Below, one piece after another: positions 1 through 11,700 of a stretch of DNA of 22,422 nucleotides. The stretch covers positions 1 through 22,422 of the forward strand of contig MCFH01000164.1 in assembly GCA_002104945.1 (NCBI GenBank). Reading direction: 5' to 3'. Position numbers and translations under genes: made by a program. Each line of letters starts with the position of its first letter. Within the stretch, counting starts at the first letter, position 1. Source of the stretch: Piromyces finnis finn. Taxonomy: Eukaryota > Fungi > Neocallimastigomycota. The notes under the pieces are model-generated. The model did not search any database. It worked only from the letters and a program-made list of their open reading frames with translations, and was not told where the DNA came from.

Positions 1-1
1 A

Positions 2-3000
2 ATTATTTGTGATGCCACAAAGTGTACACCATCTAAAGCTAAGATTACCGGAACTAGTAAGAGTTACTACATCAATTCAGATATTCAAAGTGTCAATAAA
101 ACTTTAAAGAACGATATCATTGAATGTACTAAAGAAAGTGAAGAATGTACTCTTAGTAATGGTTCCAATACCAATGTTTACTTGAATGCCAATTTCAATG
201 CTGAAAGTAATCAAAATCAATTAATTATTTGTAGAACCAACGGTGGATGTTCAGAACAAAAAGCCAATTCCACTACCACTGACTTACATTACTTTGTCAA
301 CGCTGGTAGTACAATTAAAACAGCATTAAATGAAACTTTAATTGAGTGTAAGGATACTTGTCAAGTTTTAACTACCGTTAAAGACAGTAATATTTTCATT
401 GATCAATTTGATACCTCCCACATCATTCAATGTTACGAAGATCAAGGTTGTAAATCCACTCCAAGTCATGCCACTGATAAAAAGAATGAAATTTTCTTAA
501 ATTCCAGTGACCTTAGTAGTTCAACCAATGCTAAATTAACTAAAGATTTAATTAAATGTATCTTTGACAAAGGAGTCATTACCTGTTCCGCAAAGGATGG
601 AGCTCCAGATGAAGTATATGTCAATTCTCATAACAACACTGAAATTATTTATTGTACCACCGAAGATGGTTGTAAAAGTAAGGCTAGTGGGGCTACTGCC
701 ACTCAACCAGAATACTATGTTAATGCTGATCCAACAGATGCTGATGCCTTAAACGGTGATTTAATCAAGTGTAAAATGAGTGATTCAAAGGTTACATGTG
801 AAGTTACCTATGGTAATGATGGAGATGTTTTCCTTAATGCCAACTATGAAAATGATGCTGCCAAAAAGCCATTAATTATGTGTTCTGCCGAAAGTGGATG
901 TATTACCGATGCTAGTAAGACTACCGATAAATTACTTCCAGCTTACTATGTTAATGCTGGTAGTGTTCTTTCCTCCAAGTTAAATGACACTCTTATTGAA
1001 TGTACCTATGAAACTAATGCTGAATGTAGTATTAAAGTTGCTCTTCAAAATGAAGTTTACGTCAACTCTGCCAACAACACCGTCACCAATCCATTAATTA
1101 AATGTAATGCTAATGGTTGTAAGGTTAGCATTAGTTCTGCCACTGAAAAGAGTAAGGAATACTATGTTAATGCTGGTGATGGTAATGAAAAGCCACTTGA
1201 AGCTGATATCATTGAATGTGTCAGTGGTGAAGAAGGTATTGAATGTACCGTATTAGAAAAGGCCAATGAAGGAGTCTATGTTAATTCCAATTACTCTGAA
1301 AACGGTGATGCCAAACAATTAATTCAATGTCGTAAAGACACTGGATGTGCTGGTATCAAGACCTCCCCATCCAGCTCTGAATACTATGTCAATGCTGAAG
1401 CTACCGACCTCAACAATGCCATTATTTTCTGTGCCAACAAAAAGTGTGAAAAACAAACACCAACTGGTGTTCCAACTTACTATGTTGGTAGTAATGGTGA
1501 TAGTCAAGAGGATCAAGTCAATGGTTTAATTGAATGTACAGAATCTGAACCAGCCGATGACACCTCATCCAGAAGAAAGAGAGCCACCGAAAAGAAATGT
1601 AAATTAAAGCCAGCCTTCACTTCTAATGGATACTACTTAAACAGTGGTTACAACAAGTCCGTTAATCAAACCATTCTTTGTGATTCTTCCGAAGGATGTG
1701 CCACTGAAAAGGTCATTCTTGGTTACTATGTCAATGCTGGTGACACCACCAAACCAGTCATTAAATGTGAAAAGGAAGGTACAGAATGTGTTGAAGAAGA
1801 AAGCAAGGAATGTCCAAGTTCTTCTGATATTATTCCAGGTAATTACTGTTACAGTGAAGGATCTCTTAAATTTTATCCATCCAGCAACTCCACAGCTATT
1901 TCTGCTTCTAAATCGGATGATATCTACACTTTTGCTACCATTCCAGCCAACGGTTTCCCAGGTATTAAATCTGAAACTGGAGCGTTATTCAAGATTTCTC
2001 GTTACTACATCAATCGTTTCTACCAAAGTGGCGTTGTTATGATTGATAAGAATGGTAAATTAGTTGATAATTTATCAGCAGCTGATCAATCCGACATTAG
2101 TGTCTATGACTGTAACGATTCCACCAAGATGTGTACTGAACGTTCAGGATGCACCAACAACACCTACATGTTCGATTCTGAAAATAAAAAGGCTGTCTTC
2201 TGTAATAACAATAAATTAGAATATGCCGAATTCACTGGATATGTTGTTGATGGTAATCGTGCCGTTGGTACGAATCATCCATACATTATTCATTGTAAAA
2301 CAATGGTAGTAAATGTGAAAGTATCAAACCAAAGGTTTCCTCCTACTACGAAAACAATGGTTATGATTCCAGTGCCAATGGATTAATTGAATGCAGTGGT
2401 AATAACTGTATCACTGTTGGTGCCACTGTTGGATACTATGTTGGACATGAAGGTAAGGGTATTATTCAATGTACCTCTTCCACTTCATGTGTCTATGCCG
2501 ATTCCAAGTCCAAGGTGAAGTATGTCAATGCTGGATCTAACAAATCTTCCAATGCCATCATTTCATGTACCAAGGATTCATGTGTCTCAACCAAGGCCAA
2601 CACTGGTTACTATTTAACCTACACTAGTACTCTTTTAATTCAATGTACTAATCCATCCAACTGTGTTGAATTCACACCATCTGTCAATTACTACGACAAT
2701 GCTGATTCTTCCGAAAGTAGCAATACCATCATCAATTGTGTTCAAAACAGTCAAGTCATTACTTGTTCCACTGAAGCCACCAACAGTGGTTTCTACATTT
2801 CCAGTACACCAAATGTTTTAATTCGTTGTAAATCCGGCAACAAGTGTAAGACTGTCACAGTAAAGAATGGTATATTCCGTGGAGCCATCAAGAGTAATAC
2901 TTCAGGTTCAAAGCGTTCTGATGATGAAAAAGAAAGCCAAGTTGAAAGTTCAATTGAGAGTCAAATTGAAAGTGAAGTTGAAGTTGAAGGTAATGATGAT

Positions 3001-4829
3001 GGAAAGAGTGTTGTTATTCCAAGAGGATCCGATGATTCCTACGATATCATTCGTTGTATTCAAGAAAAGTGTTCCGCTCTTTCGCCAAGCGAAGTCTCTG
3101 CCATTCCAATTTGTGAATTCAACAACAACAAGTGTTACATCACCAATGAATATGCCATGACCAAGTCAGCCACCACTTCCATTTCAGCTGGTAGTATTTG
3201 TACCAACAATGATCGTTCCGTTTTCTACTTTGCTACCGATACTGTTGTTGTTAAGCCAAATGTTATTTCAGGTAGTACCACCACTTACATCTACACCACA
3301 CCAATTCCAACTGTTTAGAAGTCAATGATTCGTACAGTGACATGTACTTTACGGTTGGTTCGAACATCTACCTTTTAGATCAAGGTAGTGTTTTACAATT
3401 CTATGAACAAGGATACTATTTCATCAACACAGCCAAGAATGCCATTGTTGGTGGTAGTGATATTGACAATTACAATGACAAGAATGTCAAGCTCTACAGA
3501 TGTAATGGTAGTAGTTGTAGCATTTTAGATAAGCCAGATTCCTTAACTTTCTATGCCGATGTCAACAAACGTATTCTTAGATACAATGTCAACAGTGGTT
3601 CTTACTCTTTTGCCTATGAAAAGGACATCATTTGTATTTTCGCCAATAACAAGTGTACACCTAATGCTGATTTAAAGAATCAAGAATTCTGTATTACATA
3701 CAAGGGAGAATTAGCTCTTGCCAAGGCAGATATCAAGAACCGTGAAACCGGAGAATGTTACAAGGCCAGTAGTCTTAGTTCCACCATCTATGGTTATTCT
3801 CAATCCTTATATTCCATGAATTTATATTCAGCTGAAATGATTGATGAAACCGGTTATTACATTGTTAGTCTTTCCACCAACACCACCGTCGTCAGTAAGA
3901 ACTACAAGACCAAGAATAACAAGCTTGTCATCTATGGTTGTCAACTCTCTTCCTGTAAGGAAATTGAACCAGAAGAAGATACCTATTACTATGATTCACG
4001 TGCCAAGACCATTCTTCGTTACAAGGATGGTGCCTGGAAGACACCAGAAACCTCTGGTTATGCCTACATTTCCATTGATCCAGTCAACACCTACATCTAC
4101 AGATTCACCAAGATCAATGATGAAGTCAAGATCAATGGTATTGCCAACTACGGCTACTACTACACGGTTGATGGAGAAATGTACAACTGTAATCAAGATG
4201 AAGGAGGTGCCTGTACTCCAATCAACAACACCGGTTACTACTTTACCAATGCTGGTGAAGTTTACTATTGTGTACATGATTCCGAAAACTTGGAACCAAC
4301 CGAATGTACCAAGCAAGCCTGTATTAGTGGACAATACTATTACATTGATGAAGCCTACTACAGATGTGAAAGTAGTTCCAGTCTTGTTCCAGTGATGTCT
4401 CGTTACTGTTCGTACAATGAAAATGTCATCATCAACTTCCCATTAGCCTTGACCGAGGAATACCCAGACAAGATTAAACAAGCAGTTGAAGGTATTGAAA
4501 AGAACAACAATTCCACAGCCATTATTAGACGTAGTGGAAAGAATTATTTAGAATCTGTTTCCGGTATTTTCACCAACTGTACCTACAATGTTGAAGAAAC
4601 CAAGTCCACATTTGATTTAGTTTGTGTCAACAACTTTGTCAAGGTGGATGAAGAAACGGATGATGTCAAGATTTGTTCTATTGAAAAGCTCGGTTATGTT
4701 GAATGTACCGAAGAAGAAGAAAATCCCGAAAAATGTAATGTTAGTTTTGGTATTTCCAGAGCTTCCATTTCCATTCTTGGTATAGTAGTATCTACTTTAC
4801 TTGTTGTATTATTCAATGAACGTAATTAA
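2..4829 (+). CDS. Fungal cellulosome scaffoldin-like protein, 5'-truncated at the window edge, with two probable sequencing frameshifts (~2296/2297 and ~3299/3300); ~1609 aa after repair
   Basis: The frame is open from base 2 (IICDATKCTPSKAK...), so the TTG 'start' at 182 is not real. The ORFs 182-2386, 2515-3318 and 3342-4829 join into one frame if one G is added after 2296 (HC-ENNGSKCES...) and one C near 3299 (YTTTNSNCLEV...). Both bases are present in the inverted copy (~11277 and ~10286). Recurrent units of (G)YY/VY-x-N-A ... LI-x-C ... C match the Gly-aromatic-aromatic plus two-Cys motif described for Neocallimastigomycota scaffoldins (Haitjema et al. 2017). Family call is by motif recognition, not a database search. 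Confidence 0.85.
2938..2985 (+). repeat. Degenerate in-frame 12-bp tandem repeat (4 units) encoding an acidic linker, QVES-SIES-QIES-EVEV
   Basis: caagttgaaagt tcaattgagagt caaattgaaagt gaagttgaagtt; mirrored at ~10594-10641. Confidence 0.6.
4767..4814 (+). other. C-terminal hydrophobic segment (ISILGIVVSTLLVVLF), a membrane anchor or GPI signal, followed by a 4-residue tail NERN
   Basis: Direct translation of the end of ORF 3342-4829. The same segment occurs in the copies ending at 8772 and 21747 (one L to F change in the latter). Confidence 0.7.
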
Positions 4830-6223
4830 ATTACGTTGTAATATCAGTAAACAATGTACAATATATAAATACAATATGAAATATTAAAATATTTCATTCA
4901 ACTATAAATTATTCAATACAATTTATAATTCAATCATAAATATATATATCATAAATATAAACAATTCACTCAATTATATCTGTAATCAATTTACATATTT
5001 TTTTTTACAAATATATTCTTAAAGAAAACAAATTCAATATTTAAAAAAATATCATTTTATTATTTGTAATTAAAACAACTATAAAATATCAATACTTTTT
5101 CAATTAATAGTTTTAATTATTATTAATAATTAAAAAAAAGAATAAATCCAATATTAAATCAATGAAGTAATAAGGAATTGAAATTTATTTTAATTCTTTA
5201 AACATTAAAATAATTTGTTTTATCAGTAACTCTGCTGATAATAAAGAAAAATATATAAGAATTAAATAATTTAATTTTATACTATCGTTATTCAAAAATT
5301 ATTTTATAAATTATAATTTATAAAAAATAGAAATATTCATAAATACGAAAACATTATAATTACAATCGTACAACATTTCATAAATATCTTTTCATTTAAA
5401 TTAATGTTAAAATAATGAATTATTTAAAAATGATTTTAAAATGAGTTTTTAAATAATTTTTTATTTTACTTTTTAATTGAAGCATTTCAATTATATATTT
5501 AAAATACCCTATAAATACCAAAATTATATTTTGTATTTAAAAAAAAAAAAAGAAAGTTGACATTATTAAAAAAAAAATGAAAATTATATTTTCATTTAAA
5601 AGTAATTAGTTATAATGAATAACTTTTTTTTTTTTTTGATCATTTTCAAATCATAAATATCAATTTTTATTTATTCATCATTTTAATGATTTTTTTTTAA
5701 CGAAATTCACAACACAAATATTCAAATTATTTTCTATCTATTGTTATTTTTTTTATAAAAAAAATATATAAAAAACATCATTATTTCATAATTATTCAAT
5801 ATATAAAAGCATTTTATATAAAAAATAAAAATATAAAAAATATATAAAAAAAATATTATAATTTAATAGTCATAAATATATTTAAAATGTGTTTTTTATT
5901 TATTTTTTTTATTTTATTTTAATACAAGAACAAGATAAATATTAAAATATATTATAAAACAAAAAAAAAAAAAAACAATTTTAAAAAATATATTTAAATT
6001 TTTTTTTTTTTTTTATTTTGTTAGATTTATGGAGGAGGGAAAACTAAAAATATTTAAATTTTATTTATATAAAACACAAAAATTAAAGTTTTTTTTTTTT
6101 TTTTAATTTTTAAAATGTGGAAACGGTCAATTTTTTTCTCGCGTGTTAAAGTAAAAAATTAACCATAAAAAGTTTTTTTTTTTTAATGAATTTAAAAAAA
6201 TATAAAAAAAAATTAAAGAAATA

Positions 6224-6254
<31 letters not shown>

Positions 6255-7346
6255 AAAATTCAACATTTTAAATAAATAATAAAAAGATTTTTAAATTATT
6301 TTATTAATGGATATATATCATCATTTAAATAATAAAAAGTCAAAAAAAAAAAAAAAAAAAAAAAAAAGGAATAATTATTAAAAATTGAAATGAAATATAA
6401 AAAAAAAAAACTAATTTGTAATTTATCATTTTTTATTCCAATTTAAATAGTATAAAAAAAAAGTATTAATAAAAAAAACGCTATTATTTATTATATTAAT
6501 TTTATTTTATTTTTTTTTATTTTTAATTTTTAAGAGAGGATCTTTTACAAATTTAACTTCAATTTAAAAGTACTAAATTATTATTTGAAATAGATTATTA
6601 AATACCCTTTTATACTGACAATAAAATAAAGTTATGATAAGTAATACTCTATGAATTTTAATTGTTACTATTTTGAAAACTAATTGATCCTATTTTGAAT
6701 AATGAACTCCAAATTTTTTTTTAAATAAAGTACTTATTATGTAGTTCTCTATCTATCTTAGTAGTTTATTCTATTTAGTAGTAAAATAAATATATGTAAT
6801 ATATATTGATTTTTTTTAAAAAATAAAACAAAATACTACTAAGGATAGATAGAGGAACTACATAATAAGTACTTTATTTAAAAAAAAAATTTGGAGTTCA
6901 TTATTCAAAATAGGATCAATTAGTTTTCAAATAGTAACAATTAAAATTCATAGAGTATTACTTATCATAACTTTATTTTATTGTCAGTATAAAAGGTATT
7001 TAATAATCTATTTCAAATAATAATTTAGTACTTTTAAATTGAAGTTAAATTTGTAAAAGATGTTCCTCTCTTAAAAATTAAAAATAAAAAAAAATAAAAT
7101 AAAATTAATATAATAAATAATAGCGTTTTTTTTATTAATACTTTTTTTTTATACTATTTAAATTGGAATAAAAAATGATAAAATTACAAATTATTTTTTT
7201 TTTTATATTTCATTTCAATTTTTAATAATTATTCCTTTTTTTTTTTTTTTTTTTTTTTTTTTGACTTTTTATTATTTAAATGATGATATATATCCCATTA
7301 ATAAAATAATTTAAAAATCTTTTATTATTTATTAAAATGTTGAATT

Positions 7347-7378
<32 letters not shown>

Positions 7379-8771
7379 AATATTTCTTTAATTTTTTTTT
7401 ATATTTTTTTAAATTCATTAAAAAAAAGAAAACTTTTATGGTTAATTTTTTACTTTAACACGCGAGAAAAAAAATTGACCGTTTCCACATTTTAAAATTA
7501 AAAAAAAAAAAAAAACTTTAATTTTTGTGTTTTATATAAATAAAATTTAAATATTTTTAGTTTTCCCTCCCTCCATAAATCTAACAAAATAAAAAAAAAA
7601 AAAAAAAATTTAAATATTTTTTTAAAATTGTTTTTTTTTTTTTTTGTTTTATAATAAATATTTTAATATTTATCTTGTTCTTGTATTAAAATAAAATAAA
7701 AAAAATAAATAAAAAACACATTTTAAAATATATTTATGACTATTAAATTATAATATTTTTTTTTATATTTTTTATATTTTTATTTTTTATATAAAATGCT
7801 TTATATATTGAATAATTATGAAATAATGATGTTTTTTATTATTTTTTTTATAAAAAAAATAACAATAGATAGAAAATAATTTGAATATTTGTGTTGTGAA
7901 TTTCGTTAAAAAAAAATCATTAAAATGATGAATAAATAAAATTGATATTATGATTTGAAAATGATCAAAAAAAAAAAAAGTTATTCATTATAACTAATTA
8001 CTTTTAAATGAAAATATAATTTTCATTTTTTTTTTAATAATGTCAACTTTCTTTTTTTTTTTTTTAAATACAAAATATAATTTTGGTATTTATAGGTATT
8101 TTAAATATATAATTGAAATGCTTCAATTAAAAAGTAAAATAAAAAATTATTTAAAAACTCATTTTAAAATCATTTTTAAATAATTCATTATTTTAACATT
8201 AATTTAAATGAAAAGATATTTATGAAATGTTGTACGATTGTAATTATAATGTTTTCGTATTTATGAATATTTCTATTTTTTATAAATTATAATTTATAAA
8301 ATAATTTTGAATAACGATAGTATAAAATTAAATTATTTAATTCTTATATATTTTTCTTTATTATCAGCAGAGTTACTGATAAAACAAATTATTTTAATGT
8401 TTAAAGAATTAAAATAAATTTCAATTCCTTATTACTTCATTGATTTAATATTGGATTTATTCTTTTTTTTAATTATTAATAATAATTAAAACTATTAATG
8501 AAAAGTATTGATATTTTATAGTTGTTTTAATTACAAATAATAAAATGATATTTTTTTAAATATTGAATTTGTTTTCTTTAAGAAAATATATTTGTAAAAA
8601 AAATATGTAAATTGATTACAGATATAATTGAGTGAATTGTTTATATTTATGATATATATATTTATGATTGAATTATAAATTGTATTGAATAATTTATAGT
8701 TGAATGAAATATTTTAATATTTCATATTGTATTTATATATTGTACATTGTTTACTGATATTACAACGTAAT
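4830..8771. other. Mirrored A/T-rich 3' flanking DNA with long poly(A)/poly(T) tracts; no gene recognised
   Basis: Homopolymer runs of more than 20 nt (e.g. 6343-6367, 7235-7262). The two halves are reverse complements of each other. Confidence 0.8.
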
Positions 8772-11700
8772 TTAATTACGTTCATTGAATAATACAACAA
8801 GTAAAGTAGATACTACTATACCAAGAATGGAAATGGAAGCTCTGGAAATACCAAAACTAACATTACATTTTTCGGGATTTTCTTCTTCTTCGGTACATTC
8901 AACATAACCGAGCTTTTCAATAGAACAAATCTTGACATCATCCGTTTCTTCATCCACCTTGACAAAGTTGTTGACACAAACTAAATCAAATGTGGACTTG
9001 GTTTCTTCAACATTGTAGGTACAGTTGGTGAAAATACCGGAAACAGATTCTAAATAATTCTTTCCACTACGTCTAATAATGGCTGTGGAATTGTTGTTCT
9101 TTCAATACCTTCAACTGCTTGTTTAATCTTGTCTGGGTATTCCTCGGTCAAGGCTAATGGGAAGTTGATGATGACATTTTCATTGTACGAACAGTAACGA
9201 GACATCACTGGAACAAGACTGGAACTACTTTCACATCTGTAGTAGGCTTCATCAATGTAATAGTATTGTCCACTAATACAGGCTTGCTTGGTACATTCGG
9301 TTGGTTCCAAGTTTTCGGAATCATGTACACAATAGTAAACTTCACCAGCATTGGTAAAGTAGTAACCGGTGTTGTTGATTGGAGTACAGGCACCTCCTTC
9401 ATCTTGATTACAGTTGTACATTTCTCCATCAACCGTTAGTAGTAGCCGTATTGGCAATACCATTGATCTTGACTTCATCATTGATCTTGGTGAACTGTAG
9501 ATGTAGGTGTTGACTGGATCAATGGAAATGTAGGCATAACCAGAGGTTTCTGGTGTCTTCCAGGCACCATCCTTGTAACGAAGAATGGTCTTGGCACGTG
9601 AATCATAGTAATAGGTATCTTCTTCTGGTTCAATTTCCTACAGGAAGAGAGTTGACAACCATAGATGACAAGCTTGTTATTCTTGGTCTTGTAGTTCTAC
9701 TGACGACGGTGTGTTGGTGGAAAGACTAACAATGTAATAACCGGTTTCATCAATCATTTCAGCTGAATATAATTCATGGAATATAAGATTGAGAATAACA
9801 TAGATGGTGAACTAAGACTACTGGCCTTGTAACATTCTCCGGTTCACGGTTCTTGATATCTGCCTTGGCAAAGCTAATTCTCCCTTGTATGTAATACAGA
9901 ATCTTGATTCTTTAAATCAGCATTAGGTGTACACTTGTTATTGGCGAAAATACAAATGATGTCCTTTTCATAGGCAAAAGAGTAAGAACCACTGTTGACA
10001 TTGTATCTAAGAATACGTTTGTGACATCGGCATAGAAAGTTAAGGAATCTGGCTTATCTAAATGCTACAACTACTACCATTACATCTGTAGAGCTTGACA
10101 TTCTTGTCATTGTAATTGTCAATATCACTACCACCAACAATGGCATTCTTGGCTGTGTTGATGAAATAGTATCCTTGTTCATAGAATTGTAAAACACTAC
10201 CTTGATCTAAAAGGTAGATGTTCGAACCAACCGTAAAGTACATGTCACTGTACGAATCATTGACTTCTAAACAGTTGGAATTGGTGGTGGTGTAGATGTA
10301 AGTGGTGGTACTACCTGAAATAACATTTGGCTTAACAACAACAGTATCGGTAGCAAAGTAGAAAACGGAACGATCATTGTTGGTACAAATACTACAGCTG
10401 AAATGGAAGTGGTGGTGACTTGGTCATGGCATATTCATTGGTGATGTAACACTTGTTGTTGTTGAATTCACAAATGGAATGGCAGAGACTTCGCTTGGCG
10501 AAAGAGCGGAACATTTTCTTGAATACAACGAATGATATCGTAGGAATCATCGGATCCTCTTGGAATAACAACACTCTTTCCATCATCATTACCTTCAACT
10601 TCAACTTCACTTTCAATTTGACTCTCAATTGAACTTTCAACTTGGCTTTCTTTTCATCATCAGAACCTTTGAACCTGAAGTATTACTCTTGATGGCTCCA
10701 CGGAATATACCATTCTTACTGTGACAGTCTTACACTTGTTGCCGGATTTACAACGAATTAAAACATTTGGTGTATGGAAATGTAGAAACCACTGTTGGTG
10801 GCTTCAGTGGAACAAGTAATGACTTGACTGTTTTGAACACAATTGATGATGGTATTGCTACTTTCGGAAGATCAGCATTGTCGTAGTAATGACAGATGGT
10901 GTGAATTCAACACAGTTGGATGGATTAGTACATTGAATTAAAAGAGTACTAGTGTAGGTTAAATAGTAACCAGTGTTGCCTTGGTTGAGACACATGAATC
11001 CTTGGTACATGAATGATGGCATTGGAAGATTTGTTAGATCCAGCATTGACATACTTCACCTTGGACTTGGAATCGGCATAGACACATGAAGTGGAAGAGG
11101 TACATTGAATAATACCCTTACCTTCATGTCCAACATAGTATCCAACAGTGGCACCAACAGTGATACAGTTATTACCACTGCATTCAATTAATCCATTGGC
11201 ACTGGAATCATAACCATTGTTTTCGTAGTAGGAGGAAACCTTTGGTTTGATACTTTCACATTTACTACCATTGTTTTCACAATGATAATGTATGGATGAT
11301 TCGTACCAACGGCACGATTACCATCAACAACATATCCAGTGAATTCGGCATATTCTAATTTATTGTTATTACAGAAGACAGCCTTTTTATTTCAGAATCG
11401 AACATGTAGGTGTTGTTGGTGCATCCTGAACGTTCAGTACACATCTTGGTGGAATCGTTACAGTCATAGACACTAATGTCGGATTGATCAGCTGCTGATA
11501 AATTATCAACTAATTACCATTCTTATCAATCATAACAACGCCACTTTGGTAGAAACGATTGATGTAGTAACGAGAATCTTGAATAACGCTCCAGTTTCAG
11601 ATTTAATACCTGGGAAACCGTTGGCTGGAATGGTAGCAAAAGTGTAGATATCATCCGATTTAGAAGCAGAAATAGCTGTGGAGTTGCTGGATGGATAAAA

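Noticed and set aside
564-4395. Overlapping alternative-frame and antisense ORFs (564-752, 1319-1516, 1347-1529, 1644-2042, 2867-3160, 3841-4395, 3996-4334)
   Set aside because: These are shadows of the scaffoldin frame caused by biased codon use. They show no independent protein features.
6120-6150. Rare CGCG-containing motif (ttttttctcgcgtg), resembling SBF/E2F-type sites
   Set aside because: Single imperfect occurrence (its mirror is part of the palindrome) with no associated gene.
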